This document shows, piece by piece, positions 1 to 13,052 of a stretch of 64,000 bases of DNA (the first letter of the stretch is position 1; each line of letters opens with the position of its first letter). Source of the stretch: Chrysemys picta bellii. Lineage: Eukaryota. The notes under the pieces are model-generated. The model saw only the letters and a program-made list of their open reading frames with translations. It did no database searches and was not told the DNA's origin. Location: the NCBI RefSeq assembly GCF_011386835.1, contig NC_088806.1:31496001-31560000 (forward strand), written 5' to 3'. A program made the translations under genes and the position numbers.

Positions 1-80
1 CACCAGGATCACTACGGCCAGGAAGCCCCCCACTGAGGCCCCCACGATAACAGCCACCGTCGAGTCGCGCTCCGGGGGCA
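1..80 (-). CDS. SCN2B: SCN2B exon 4 (partial): stalk and start of the transmembrane helix
   Basis: Acceptor ctgtctctgcAG at 82-81, then TG CCC CCG GAG CGC GAC TCG ACG GTG = (V)PPERDSTVAVIVGASVGGFLAVVILV. Confidence 0.95.
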
Positions 81-3000
81 CTGCAGAGACAGAGCAGGGC
101 AGGTGAGGAGGGAGGCCTGGGGGACGAGGGAGTCTGAGCAGCAGGGAAACCAGGCAGCTCCTACCAGCACCAATGGGAGTATGTTGGCAATCCAGGCCCT
201 GCCCTACCTTACGTGGGGTCTGATGGGAGGAAACGCGTGCAAGGCCCCACACACAGACAGGCCATGGGTGGGAGTGGGATGTGCTGACAGGCACGGCCTG
301 GAGATGGGAGGAGCAAGCCCCTATGTAGCCACATAAATCACACGGGCCACGGCTGGCATTGCCTCTGGGCCTGTGGGGGGAGGGCGCACTGGGACCAGCC
401 CCACAGCCAGCGGATGCTGGGAGGGGGGGTTGGGTAGTTTCCTTGATTGGAGACCCTGAAGTAACTGTCTGAGGAGGGACCATGCTGCCCAAGCAGGCTG
501 CAGATCCTCACTCTCCACAGAGCCAGGCGATCCCCACCTTGCCCCTCGCTGCAGGAGTCCGTGTCAGAGCCCAGACCGGGACTCAGGAGCGTCCGGCTCC
601 CAGCCCTTCGCCTGCCCCCATCCCCTGCGAATGCCAGTCGTCCAGCTGCTGCAGAGAGCTCCCTGGGGCTGGGAGGGAACTGGGGCACCGCGGACGCTGA
701 TCTGTGCTAACACAGACAGAGAAGGGGAACTACAGGAGGCCTCAGAGTCCCCCTCCTCCTGTCATCGCTCCTGGCCCGGTGAGGAGCCTGGCTCTGGGAC
801 CATGGCAGGGCCAATTCCCCAGGGGATGGAAACATGCCCTGACCTGTCGCACGCCCCAGAGACAGGCAGGGAGTGGCAGCTCAGCCCGCAGGTGGGGAAG
901 GCCGGGGGTCACTTCCTGGCCCCCTTGGTGACAGTCACCAGCCAGACGAGCCCGAGTCCCCACTGAACCGTCCCTGCCCACGTCGGCCCGGTGAGCTGGA
1001 GCGGCCGCGGGATGTGGGCTGGGACGGAGGGGTGGGGCAGCGTGGGTCAGAGCAGCTGCCTACACTGTACCAGCTCTGGCCTCTGCTGTCGCCACCATTG
1101 TTCAATATAAAACAGCAGCCCCGCATCCCCGTCTGCCCCCCACTCAGCGCTCCTTCCTCCCCGCTCCACTTGCCCCCCGCCCAACTCCTGCCGAGCCGGG
1201 CCGAGCCTGCTGCGCACCCACCTTCAGTGATAACCTTCAGGAAGATGCGGGCATGGCCCCGGTGCCTGTCAGGCGGGTTCATCACGTAGCAGTTGTAGGT
1301 GCCCTCGTCCTCCAACTGCACCTGGTGGAGGGTGAAGGACACGTCGTTCTTGCTGGGGTTTCCGGTGAACTCCACCCTGTTCCCGAAGCGATCCAGCCGC
1401 CAGTGCACGATCTTCATCCGGAACTGCAGGAACTGGGCAGAGATGGGGGGCGGGGCAGTGAGAACGCCAGGGGGGCTACACCCATGCTGGTGCCCACAGG
1501 CCAGTCAGAGACCACAGCACCTCACCTCCTTTCCCTGGGGCACATGCCACTCAGAGCTCAGCTCCCCTGGCCCCGCTGGGATCACCCTGCCCTCAGACAA
1601 TCACACAGCTGCCCCGAGAGCTACAGGGCCCTGAGCCTGCCGGCGGGAATGGGAGGGAGCCCTTTGTTATCACAGGCTGAGAGTGGCCACCCTGGGTCAG
1701 GGCACTGGGAGCTAGGCTGCCAGCCGGGGCCAGGGCATTGGTCATTCATGGCTATCTCCTGCCTGGGCTTTGCCCCAGCTGTAGCAGGAAAGTTTAAGCA
1801 AACCCAAGGGTCCAGCCAGCCGCTCACCACCTGGAGAGAATCCTTCATCTCTGGCCTACAACCCTCTTCTGCCTTGTTTCCGGTTAGTCTCACCCGCGGC
1901 TGGCCTGAGCAGTGGCCACACCCCAGGAAATGGGACATTCCCTCCAGACACAGAGGCCTTTAATACTCACATGGGAGTGGGATCTGCGTACCTGGATAGA
2001 CCCAGTGTTGGGTCAGCGATCCCCGTCCTCCCATACCTTCCCCTTCACCCCCAGGGAATGCTCTCAGGACCAAAGCCTGGGGCCTTGCTCTCTTTCTATT
2101 CAGTCCTTACACAGGCCTGGACTACGCTACGAACTGACATCAGCATAGCTACGTCTCTAAGCAGTGTGAAAATTCCTCCCCTTCCCCTCTGAGAGATGTA
2201 GCTACACCGACCTGACCCTGGTGTAGACAGCGCTAGGGCGACAGAAGAATTATTCCATCCACCTGGCTGCTGCCTCTCGGGGAGACCGCCTCCCGTCAGC
2301 GCAGACAGTGTCTACACTGGACAGAAAACTGCAGCTGGAGCTTCCCCTGAGCACACACTGAGACAACCTCAGAGCGAACCCCAGTCAGCAGCGGGACCTG
2401 CAGACAGGGTTGTGGGACTTGAATCTGTGTCACCAGCTCTTGACATTTTATAACAAGCCAAGTGACATTGGGGGTTTTCCTTAAAGCCCAGCTCCCAGAG
2501 TCACCGGGGCAGGAGAATCTCAGCTTTCTTTCCCTTTCTTTAAGGCAGGAAGTTCCCAGCCGCCTGGAGCAGAGAAAAGTTTGAAAACGAGACCCTGCTG
2601 GCTCCGAAAGCAGACTAGAGCCCCAAGTTAGTACTTTGGTAAATCTGATGATTTTAAGACAGTCTCATGATTTTGGGGGGCCTGGCTCATGATGTTTGAT
2701 GGTTTTGAGCTGGACCCACAAATCCCTGCAGGAGGTACTTACCAGCTCCTCGCTGCAGTTCTCACATTCCTGGTAAGTCCAGTTCAGGGAGAACAGTTTA
2801 TTCTCCACTTTGTAGCAGGAGTTGAAGGTGCAGGGGAGGCGCACGGAAGAGCCATTCAAAGCACTGATGGTCGTTTGCGCCGTGATCTCCATGCCCAGCC
2901 CACAGGGCGCTGGTGAGAAGACAGGAATGAAACAGGAGGGAGGAGAAGAAAGGAAGAAGTGAACAAATACTGAAAATTGCAAGCGCTAATGTCTGTCCCA

Positions 3001-6000
3001 CCCCTTGGGGGCTGTGGGCCTGGCCTGCTGGTGGAGCTGTCCAGGGGGCGGAGAGACCGGCAGGTACACAAACACACACATCACAGCCGCTGTGGCACTC
3101 TGGACACGGTCATAGGAAAAGGGGTTTTCCAAGGGACACTACTCAGCGCACAGCAGCGCACTGACCTCTCAGCTCCCCCCTCGCCAGTGGCAGGGTGATA
3201 ACGTACCCGCTGACTCGGACACAAAAGACAGACACAGCTTGATCCCAGATTGGCCCGTCTGCCCCTTAGGGAGAGCTGACCTGAAAGGACCTGCCTCAGT
3301 CCCTGGCTAGAGAGAGGGCTGTGTGTATGGGATAGTGGGATAACCCATCTATATGGGATTTGAACACAAGCCTCTTGCCTGGTTTAGCAACCCGTCAGCC
3401 CCATGCTCCATTGCCCTGCTGCCCGCCTCTCTCAGCCCTTCCCCACACAGCACTGACTGCAGGTGAACGCTTTTCACAGCCGCTTAAACCAGGTTTGCTC
3501 TGCAGAGGCCTGGATGAGCTGCAGGGGCCCGGATGCGGCATCAGCTGTGCAGGGCTCAGTGCCACATCCGCTGGGGAAATTGATGGCTGCGCTCATTAGA
3601 TTTCATTCCCGGCAGGACGCACTGGGGGAGTGACCAGCCCCTGCCAGCGCTGGCCTCTGGGGGCTGCAGGGAAAATGCAGATTCACTTTATTATCCCCCT
3701 TAGCTGGTGTTTGAGCAACACTCTCTGGATGGAAGTCACGCGGCCAGGCTGCCGGAGGTGCCTGCTGGCAGAGAGGGGGCAGAGCTGGTTTCTGCAGTGG
3801 AGCCCAGGCTGCAGCGCAGAAATGGAGAGATTAACACACACAGCCCTGGGGCAGCATGGCATAGCACTCCCTCTGCCTCCCACTCCCCACACACCCCCTC
3901 TCCCTGCACCCCCCACATGGCCTCGCCACGCCCCACCCTGGCTCCCACCCACTCCGTTGGCCAAATCCAGAACTGGGGAGAGCAGAGACCACAGTGGCTC
4001 ACGCTGCTCACAGCAGGGCCAGATCTGTGCGTCTCCCCTCTGCTCGCTCACTCCTCCTTTCTGACTCTCCCCTGCTCTAAGGCTCCCCCTGCCAGGCCTG
4101 TAAGGGCAGGATCCCCACTGAATTCCCCGGAGCGCCTGCAGGTCCCGGGCTGTGCTGGGAAACCCGAGGGCTGATGCCATCTGATGGCTCTGGGACCACG
4201 TGGGTCCCCCTCTCTCTGCTCTCATCCCTGCTGTTCTCAGCTCTGGTTGGGGAGTGAGCCCGGCTGTGCTGTGGGGCAGAGCCCAGCTGGCAGCTTCCCC
4301 ACCGGGACGAGCTACATGAACACTGAGAAGTTAAGCAGAGGGTAAGAGGCTGCAGGAAAGGGGCCAAGGAACTAAACTGGGGGGGCACGGGCCTTTCCCC
4401 ACTGGACAGCACACCCCAATGCAGTGCGCAATGGGAGGGGTTTGGTGTAATGAGCAGATGGGTCATTGTTCAGCATCTGGGTCACAGAAACGCACCCCCA
4501 ACCCACTCAGCAGAGGCCCAGGGCTGAACCGGCCACCCCCCAAGTTCCCCTTCCCTGCTGCAGCCTGCAGCCTGGCCCAGCACAGCTGATGCTGCATCCA
4601 GCCCTGCTCTCTGGAGAGTGACACGCATGCGGGTCTCGAGCACGGCCGAGCCAGCACCAGATTCATACACCCCCACCCCCATTGCAATGCTTGAGGCAGC
4701 CAGACCAGCGCCCCATCACAGTCAGGGGGTTGGAGACCCTGTGCGAGAAGTAGGGGCCCCTTCCCCCAGGACACAGCCCCAGCAGGAGGGTCTGACTCAC
4801 TGCGTTTATGGCTGGTGCCGGACGGGAGCCGCTCATCACCTGCAGCCGCAGGCTTTTGCCAGGCATTTCTGCCAACGCGCTTTGGCCCTCCTGGGCTGTG
4901 CTCGGCGGGGAACTGCACTGCTCAGCCCCACGGAAAGCTGGGTCTCTGCAGCCCCCCCCACACATCAGCACCCCCCCACGGGCTGCCATGGCACACAGGC
5001 CTGACCTCACACGGGGCCAGGGCAGTGTCGCTAGGAGTCGTCCTTGGAACCCAGAACCAGGCCAGGATTCATGGGAGAGGGCTGCATGTGGGTAGCAGAC
5101 AGCTGGCTGGCCTAGGCTGAGCAGGGCCTGTCTGACAATGCGGGACCAGCTTGGCATCCACTGCTGCTCTCGCTGACCTCTCACAATGAACCCGGGCGGC
5201 GGGAACCTGCTGACCGAGACGCTGGCGTAGCTGAGCTAGCTAATTTGCTCCCTGCCAGGTAATTTCTGGCGCTGGGGGGAGGGATAGCTCAGTGGTTTGA
5301 GCATTGGCCTGCTAAACCCAAGGTTGTGAGCTCAAGCCTTGAGGGGGCCATTTAGGGATCTAGGGCAAAAATCTGTCTGGGATTGACCCTGCTTTGTGCA
5401 GGGGGTTAGACTAGATGACCTTCTAACCTTGATATTGTATGAAATTGTTTCTCAGGAGAAGAAAAAAAAACAGCTGGGTTTGTGGCAGCTAGGAAACCTT
5501 TTGTCTTGTAATCTGATCACTATGAGATACCCAATCAGCAGCCCTGTAGCATCCTGCCAGGTTACTGCTCCGGGGAAGGCTGAGACGCTCCTTCCAACAG
5601 ACTTTGGAAAAGTGAGATCCAAACCAGAGCCCTGGCACCTCAATCCCACATGTGAAGAGCAGCCCTAGAGCTGACGGATTGCAGCGAAGGGGAGATCGGA
5701 AAGAGCTGAGCGCCATGGGCCGGGGAGTCTCCTCTGTGCCTATGCCTTTGGAAACTGTTCCTGCTTCTGCAGATGGCGCTTTTAAAAGATTTAAAGGTGC
5801 CGTACACAAAAAATGAAGCCCTAGCAGTTCGGCAGCTAAATACCCTACAGCACACACCACGTACAAACCCAGCCCGGGCCAGTCCAGGTCAGGGCTGCTG
5901 CGAGAGGCCGTGCTGCCAGAAGGATGCCCAGAGAGCACCCTGGTGAGTACTGGGAAAGCCAGCCCGGGCAGGAGGTGTGTCCTGGGGAGTGATTCCTGTG

Positions 6001-7721
6001 GGCTGAAGGCCAGGCTGTGGGAAGAGCCTCAGCCCGGCCTCTTGGAGAGAGGAAGGGAGGAAAGAATCCCTAGCACCAGGCCCGTGGGATCCATGGTGAC
6101 TGGGAGAGGGAAGCTGGAGCTGGCGAAGTACACATCCTGCCCCACTCCAGCTACTGCAGCAGTTGTCAAACAGGGTTCCACCCACTCGGCTCTAGGGGGG
6201 CGTGGTGCACTGACCTGGCCAGCACCAGGGCTTGGGCAGGGTTTGCAACGTGGGCTTAGGCTCAATCAGAAAAAACCTTGCCAGGTGCATTCAGTGCTGC
6301 AGGCTCTGGCCAGGCCGTGGCTGCAGACTCAGCTCATGTGGGCCCAGCCCGACACTCTGACCAGCCTGTGAACATCGTCACGCAGCGATGGTGACGAGCT
6401 CAGTGAGGGAGGTGGAGAATCCTAAACTGAGACTGGCTGGTGCCTTTCCCTGTCCGATAACCCTGAGGGCGACCTGCCCTGCTGGGACACGGAGCCCTGC
6501 CCCACGCTTTGCTCCACAGGTCTGTGGGCACGTCTGGCCATGGGGTTCTCAGAGGCACGACCCCCAGGGACCCCCCCAGGACTGTGGGAGAGACGATGCC
6601 GCGCAGTCTCTCCTTTGGGGCTCTCGGTGAAGTCAGAGGGGGTTGCGACATGCGCGCTAGCCACCTGGGGTCTGACAGTGTCACAGCTAAGGGCCCCTGG
6701 GAGAGGATACAGGGGACACCACGTGGCACACTCAGCTCCTCAGTGTAAACACTTGTATTCCTCTCCATGCAACCATCGGAGCACGCAACATGGGCTTCTT
6801 CCCCAGAGCTGATGGGCACTGCCGGGAGCCCTGCCAATGCAGAGTCCATTGATTCCCTGCTGCTGCTAGCTTTAGACTGCTTCTTTCCCGGATCTCCACA
6901 CTGCCCTGTCCCCTTACGCCCCTTTCCCCCAGTCTTGGGGGTAGCATTACCCGCAGCCTCTCCAAAGTGAACAACAGGCAGGGTTCCTAGTCACTGAAGA
7001 TGGGGAGTTGCTGTCCTTTTTCTCCTGCATTTCCCAATCTGTCTGAAAGCAAAGCCCCCCCCCCCCCCCCGAACACTACTTATGTTTTAATCTGACAGTC
7101 TCCTGCTTCCATTCCTGGCTCCATGGCAGGGCAGGGAAGCAAGGAACGGAGCCCAACAGGCCAACACGCTGCACACCCTGCTCCCCACCAGCAGCCAACA
7201 AAATGAGGGGCAGCCCCTCGATTGCATTCAAACACACACCACACACGTTTGACACTTTGCTTTTCAACCTGCCGGCTCAAAGGAGCAGCATTCCCCCTGC
7301 GCCGTTCCCCCTGCGCCGGGCACTACCCCACCTGCGCCAGGCACCCTCGGAGAGGCTGCAGAGAGCTATGCAGGCTGGCTTAGAGATGCAGACACAGCCA
7401 CGGAGCCGACTTTACAAAACGGTTCCTTTCTCATCGGTAACGTCAATAAAACCTGCCCATTAGCCCCTCTCTGTCCCCCGTTCTCATGTGGGCAGCAGCC
7501 AGCGCCGCCGTCCCTCACGCTCCCGCCGCGTCCCTTCCCCAGGATTCTGTGTGGGGCGACGACGCTGCGTTAACGGGGATGGTGCTCCCCAGCCGTGGGC
7601 TGCTGGGGCCCTGGCGGATGCCTGCATGCAAGATGTGCAATAGACACTTACCCAGAGAGACAAACAGGCTGAGCCCAGTGAGGCACCAGGTGAGCCGGAG
7701 AAGCCAAGGCTCCTTGCTCAT
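1..7721 (-). CDS. SCN2B: Sodium channel beta-2 subunit, multi-exon gene span (3' end runs off the window)
   Basis: The spliced product MSKEPWLLRLTWCLTGLSLFVSLAPCGLGMEITAQTTISALNGSSVRLPCTFNSCY...ECENCSEELFLQFRMK...YNCYVMNPPDRHRGH...VPPERDSTVAVIVGASVGGFLAVVILV is recognisably SCN2B. It keeps the FNSCY cysteine used for alpha-subunit linkage, the ECxNC pair, and the NGS/NWT/NCS sequons. Exons of 70/167/211 bp; phases are consistent. Confidence 0.97.
1222..1432 (-). CDS. SCN2B: SCN2B exon 3, second half of the IgV domain (211 bp)
   Basis: Acceptor ctgcccAG at 1434-1433, donor GTGGGT at 1221. Encodes FLQFRMKIVHWRLDRFGNRVEFTGNPSKNDVS...DEGTYNCYVMNPPDRHRGHARIFLKVITE. Confidence 0.96.
2114..2366. 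mobile_element. Degenerate PIF/Harbinger-type non-autonomous element (MITE), SCN2B intron 2
   Basis: GTCTACACT/GTGTAGAC terminal-type motifs; internal sequence resembles the element at 53028-53766. Boundaries are approximate. Confidence 0.5.
2440..2712. repeat. Interspersed repeat, inverted copy of the same family as 11015-11290
   Basis: gagaatctcagctttc and tctcatgattttgggggg are reverse complements of gaaagctgagattctc and cccccaaaatcatgaga in the 11 kb copy. Confidence 0.55.
2743..2909 (-). CDS. SCN2B: SCN2B exon 2, first half of the IgV domain (167 bp)
   Basis: Acceptor ttctcaccAG, donor GTAAGT at 2742. Encodes PCGLGMEITAQTTISALNGSSVRLPCTFNSCYKVENKLFSLNWTYQECENCSEEL. Confidence 0.96.
5277..5443 (+). 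mobile_element. tRNA-derived SINE with a CR1-like 3' tail (tortoise Pol III/SINE type)
   Basis: Head GGGAGGGATAGCTCAGTGGTTTGAGCA (A box) and GAGCTCAAGCC (degenerate B box); tail gggggttagactagatgacc resembles a CR1 3' end. Confidence 0.8.
7652..7721 (-). CDS. SCN2B: SCN2B exon 1, signal peptide (70 bp)
   Basis: GGAAA-ATG at 7721, encodes MSKEPWLLRLTWCLTGLSLFVSL, donor G|GTAAGT at 7651; phase 1 matches exon 2. Confidence 0.92.
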
Positions 7722-8837
7722 TTTCCAGGACCTTTGTGTGTGGCGAAGATTGTGGTGTTTGTTGTGGCTGCTTTTTGTTGCTGTTGGTTGGCTTTGTTTT
7801 TTTCAAGTGCACTGGGTGATTTCCAAGACACACATAATTTTAGAGCTGTTTTATTTCCCAACCTCCAATATGGCCGGCTGGAGGGTTGCTGCTATTAAAA
7901 AAAAAAAAAAAGCAGTAAATTTTATGGTTGGTGGATTCCATCAAAGGACATGGGAGGGTATCAAAATTTCCTCGGAAGCAAAGGAACATGCTCTCAGCGT
8001 CTCTCCTGCTCTGCACTCTGGGAGGTGGTTCTGGTGCCTGATCCTGTTTAAAATTGCCACCTTATCAAAGAGCAGAGTGGGTTTCCTCCTGAGCCAGTTA
8101 GTGCCTGTGATGAGGGCAGGAAGGGCTGTATTACTGCAAACTGTTAGTCTCTCTTCACCTTCTGGCCTAAGTAATCTGCAGGGTTTATTTCTCCTACAGA
8201 GACTCCCGGCATGCTCTGGTGACTACCACGTTAGCTAAGCACATACCTGAGCGATGCAGCCTGTGGTCTGGCTCAGTTTAACCCCCAGCAGGCCTGCCCA
8301 CCATGCCTTGCGTTGTGCGGACTCCGTCACCTTGGGTGTTATCTCACAGCTTCCCAAGCCCTGCCTGGCTTCCCTAGAGCAGAGAGTTACTTCCTCCTAG
8401 ACCTTGTGCAGGTGTGTTGAGTTGGAGGCAGGAGATGGGCAAGGGGCTGACTGCCCATCACGCTTTCCAGGGGAACGCCGGAGCTCTGGAATAACAGCTG
8501 CTTGGCAGTGGGGTGAGGAGAAGACCCCTGGTAGGGCAAACGCTGCCCTGGGCTCTGACAGGGTTTCCCTTGTTTTCCCCACAAAAGGAGACGGAAACGG
8601 GCTCTTTGCTGAGCCAGCAGTTCCCCTTCCCCATTATGAGGCTGTGACATCCAGGCCCTAGGCTGCAAACCGCCACCCACCTTCCTTTACATCTCCACAC
8701 CCAGCTGCTAACAACCTGAGCACTGATGTCCCAGGAGCTAATAAACCACCAGACACAGGGCCCTAGCGGCCAGCCAAGGCAATGCAGCATCTCCAGCGCA
8801 GAGCCGTGGTATGGGCTCTTACTGGGTGGGCAGAGGC

Positions 8838-8960
8838 TAGGGTGACCAGACAGCAAGTGTGAAAAATCGGGATGGGAGTGGGGGGTAATAGGCTTCTATA
8901 TAAGAAAGAGCCTCAAATATTGGGACTGTCCCTATAAAATCAGGACATCTGGTCACCCTA
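8838..8960. mobile_element. hAT MITE (123 bp)
   Basis: TIR TAGGGTGACCAGA/TCTGGTCACCCTA; perfect 8-bp TSD GCAGAGGC at 8830-8837 and 8961-8968. A second copy lies at 63647-63770. Confidence 0.9.
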
Positions 8961-11014
8961 GCAGAGGCAGGGGCAGCTTTCCTGGAAGAAAGTTCTGGGG
9001 TGAATGCAGTTCCCTTTGCTAAGGGCTGGAGAGGAACATGAGCGCTGCGATCGCCACCCACTGGCATGAAGACATGCCAGGAAAATCTCTCACGGCCTAG
9101 TGGAGACTGAAACACACGTGGGAACTCAGCTCCCACCCAGCCAGGGACTCTGAGCCTTGTTCTGCAGAGCATTGGGGAAAACGCAGCCAGGCCAGAGAAA
9201 CGACGCTGCCATCAGCATGCAAGCTCGCCACACGCTGCTCTGTCCATGCCCCAGTGCTGGCTAGCAGCCCCCTGGCTATTACAGCCCTGGGCCTCGCCTG
9301 TGCAGGGCTCTTGCTCTAACGGATCAGTTAGGTGCATGCCACCTGCGTCACGTTTCCTGTGGCCCAAGCCCACATCTGAACTCCGTTCATCACCCACCCC
9401 GGGGAGCATCAGCCACACCTGTCCGGGGCTGCCCCACTGACAGGCCATGCAGCAACGAGTCCCTCTCCTAGGCTCTGGGGGCAGAATTCTCCTCCAGCCA
9501 CATGGATGGAGCTTGCCCACCTCTGGCCTTTCTCTCCTGCAGAGCACAGCCCGCTCTGGCTCGCCGCGTGCAGCAGATGCCAGGCGGTGCCAAGACCAGG
9601 CTCAGCCCAGACAGAGGTAAATCACAGCTCCGTGTGGCCTCTGAGAACAGCTTTGGCTGCAGCAAAGGGTGCGCGCTCACTTCCCCTATCCCAGACAGCA
9701 TGACACTCACTGCTCTTCTTCCCAGTCGGTGCAGAGGGGGCAGGCAGTGAGGGCTCAGGAGAGGGCGAGCATCCGACCCGAATGGCTACCAGGTGTTCCC
9801 AGCTACTCCATGATTCATGCCATGGGCGTGTCCCGGACTGACTCTGCACCTCAACCTCAAACAGGCTGATGGGCTCTCCAGGGCCTGGCTGCTCCACTGG
9901 GACATTCACTCCCTCGGTAGGGAGCAGCATAGGGACATTCACCCAGCACCCACCCCCACCATACCTGGGACTAGCCCACCCTGCCAGCCCCTCGGTTTTT
10001 CACCAGCACTGAATTCACTGATGGGTGGGATGGGGGAATGGGATCTAATCTAACGCCCAGGGGTAAATGAGTACGGACAGGGAGGGAACTGATGCTGCAG
10101 GACCCACAAGTAACGCCCTGCACGTTGGCTCACCAGCCGGGGAGTGGAGGGAACACTCCCACGGAACACATTCCCTAACATGCGGGCCCAGCTTGGTGAA
10201 TCCCAGGCACCCGGTGGATGAGTGAGGCTTGCTGGGCAGCCCCCCGGCAGTGTAGCACTTGTGTATCCCCTGGCTCCTCCCCTCCTGGGCCTCTGAAGTG
10301 ACAGGGGCTCTAGCCTACAGCAGCACGGGAAAGGGCTTTAGTCGGTTGAAGCTGGGGAGAGTTCGTACATCATCCATGGAATGCATATGCTGGGAGAAGC
10401 CAGGGCATGGGAATCCCTACAGACACCATGTCCCAGCTGTGACATGAAAACCAGCCTGTGAGATGCAAGCACGTGGCCTTTGCTCTGAGGACAACATTAA
10501 CCTGTTCCCCTTTCCCACACAGCATAGTTCGCGTGGTGGCGTTGAGCCGTGTGCAGTAGGGAGCACAGGGGTACTGGTCCCCAGGATGTGGGAGGGTGAG
10601 TCCATCCATGTGTTCCCTACTACACAGAAATCAAAGCCGCCTCCTGAACCATGCTGTGTTGAAAAGGGAACAGGTTAAGGCCATGTGAGCAGAGGCCACC
10701 TTCACTGAGCAGGGGAGAGGTCAAACCACTTGCATGGTCAGTCCTTTGCTCACAGGAGCTCAGGTAATAAAGAGGACAGGGAGCACCCGTGTCTGAGGAG
10801 CAGGCTCCTCGTCAGGCTAACGAGGTGCTCAGCTCCGTTCCCTCCTGCCAGGCAGGACTCGGCGGACAGCAGCACTCGTGCAGGATCAGACTCCCAGCTG
10901 TGCTCAGCACCTCCTTCCTTGCCCTTATGCCGGCAACAGTCCATTGCTCAGCTCGGCAGGCAGGGAAACTGCCATGAACTGACACGCTGGCAACGTCGGC
11001 CAGCCATGCCACGC

Positions 11015-11290
11015 CCAGGCAGTCAAAAATCACAAATTGGGCCCCCAAAATCATGAGATTGGCTTAAAAGTTGTAAGATTTGGGATTGGGTTTTGGTTTC
11101 TATGCCTTCAAGTGTCTAAGCCTTTAGGTTGCACTTGGGTCACATTTTCAAGCTTTTCTTTGCAACCATGAGGGCTAGAAGCTCTCGCTTGTTAAACGAA
11201 AGCTGAGATTCTCATACAGTGACAGGACTCCCAGAGCCGGGCTTCAAGACAAACCCCAAATAGCATGAGACTCGCCCTGGAGTCAGGTTA
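11015..11290. repeat. Interspersed repeat, probably DNA-transposon derived; same family as 2440-2712
   Basis: Shares motifs in opposite orientation with 2440-2712; boundaries approximate. Confidence 0.5.
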
Positions 11291-12818
11291 GCAAAACTGT
11301 GGGACACGAACAGGGAAGCGTGTGTGTACACACACACACGGTGCAGGGCTGAGCACTGCCTCTAGTTTGTAAAGTGCCTCGTGACCCTGCTAGAGAGAAG
11401 GCACCTGAAGTATCAGATTATTCATTAAAGTACAGGATTATTATATACTAAATCACTAAGCAGATCTATTGATTGTGTAGCATGAAGTCTCCCAGCTACA
11501 ATGAATAGCCCCAGGCATTCCTGTCTGGGGCACTGTTAGCTCTGACATAACAGGCCCTTAGTCATTACCTACAGCTTTATATTTGTTTCAACTTCAATAC
11601 AAATTTGTTGGCATATTTTTTAAACCACTCACTCTGGTTCTTCTGCCTCACCAACAAAAAACGAGTGGGGTGGCAATGTGAAACAAACGACTGCAGCATA
11701 TAGCAACTTTTGCTGCATTGGCCCATGTGCCAGCGCTCAGGCTAAGAGTAGAGAGTGGTCCCCCATCCTTTCCAGGAATGGAGCGAGCCCATCTCAGATC
11801 ACTGCACGTGGAGGTGTCAAACATCTATATATAGAGCCTGGAGGGAGAGCTGGCCCCAGCAGAGGCTGTGCTCTGGGAGAAGGGTTCTAACCCCGGCGCA
11901 AGGGAAGAGACCAGGGCAGGGGAGGGAGCCGACCCGCTCAGAAATAAGGGGCTGAACCAGTCCCGTTGTTTGCTAGCAACTTGGAACCTCAGATGCAGAT
12001 TTTGTCCAGGTAGACCAGAGTAAAAGCCCCCGCCCCTGGCGTTACGGATCTGGAATATTCCTAGTTATTGCAAGTGTATAAATGAAGACACAAACACATG
12101 TAGGGGGTGGTGCTGCACATCTATTTACACACACAGAGCACTGGGTTTGCTACAGTTCAACTGAACTATTTCCCCAGGACGTCGGGTTGCTTGTTTCCCA
12201 TGTGGCTCTGGCAGAAGGTGCCAGGCTGGCAGCCTGGAGCCCGCTCGGTGCCCATGCAGCAGGCCAGCCCAGGCAGCTGCAGGGCACCCAACACCTGATC
12301 ACCCCCTCCTCCCTGTCTGGAGGTGGGACTCTCCCTGGAGTTCTCTCGCTGGGTTTTGACGGCACCGGCCAATATCCCAGCCGGAGCATGGAAGCTCTGC
12401 CACAGGGCACTGCCCGCCTGCAGAATGAGGGTGAAACCAGAGCAAAGTCCATTTACCTTCATCGCCCTCCTGTGCCCCACTCCTGGCCCGCCCCAGTTAG
12501 CAAGGAGTGCCCTCCCACTGCCCTGTCGCAGGCCAGGCCATGCTGGGCGCATGGCGCAGACGTGAAAGCAGCAGCAGCAGCCCCATCAGAGCGTGAAGTG
12601 ACCCTTTCGAAAATGTCCTCAATGAGCAGCAAGTCTACACAGCGCTGGGCACAGTGGGGCCCGGTCCTGGCTGGGGCTGGCAGGTGCTGTCACAGCACAA
12701 ATAGATTATAACCCGGACAGCGAGAGTGATACGGCCCATGCCCTGTACAGACTGAGAGGCAGCCCTGTGGCACGCTGACGGAGTGAGTAGAGTTTGTCCC
12801 TGGGGGAGGTCAATGTCC

Positions 12819-13052
12819 CTAGCTGTCGTGCCAGGCTGGGCTCAGAGGTGCTTTCCCCCCATCCAGGGCACAAGGGAATTCCTCCTCTGGGCAGTTGGAC
12901 TTTTCACAGGTTTTCTTGCTTTCTTGGGCTCCTTCATTGCACAGTCTCCCCTCATCCAGCCATTCCACTGGGATCTTCTTCCTCTGCAGCTGGACGTACA
13001 CGCTGTTCTCCAGCAGTGCAGTGCCCGCCCCATGGAAAGCAGCAGAGGGGCG
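12819..13052 (-). CDS. JAML: JAML last coding exon (cytoplasmic tail and stop)
   Basis: Acceptor tttgtcccctgcAG; phase-0 read RPSAAFHGAGTALLENSVYVQLQRKKIPVEWLD...WHDS*. Similarity to the mammalian tail is weak, so this is the least certain exon. Confidence 0.7.
   Translation of the reverse strand, partial: RPSAAFHGAGTALLENSVYVQLQRKKIPVEWLDEGRLCNEGAQESKKTCEKSNCPEEEFPCALDGGKAPLSPAWHDS

Noticed and set aside
5277-5350. tRNA gene
   Set aside because: The tRNA-like head continues directly into a SINE body and CR1-like tail, the B box is degenerate, and there is no clean acceptor stem.
7056-7070. Long poly-C run, and the poly-A at about 28734-28756
   Set aside because: Simple homopolymers with no associated structure.
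7486-8238. 250-aa plus-strand ORF antisense to SCN2B exon 1
   Set aside because: No recognisable homology or domain, and it runs through poly-A and low-complexity promoter sequence.
8795-8816. RE1/NRSE-like sequence upstream of SCN2B (gcgcagagccgtggtatggg)
   Set aside because: It needs an insertion and several mismatches to fit the RE1 consensus.
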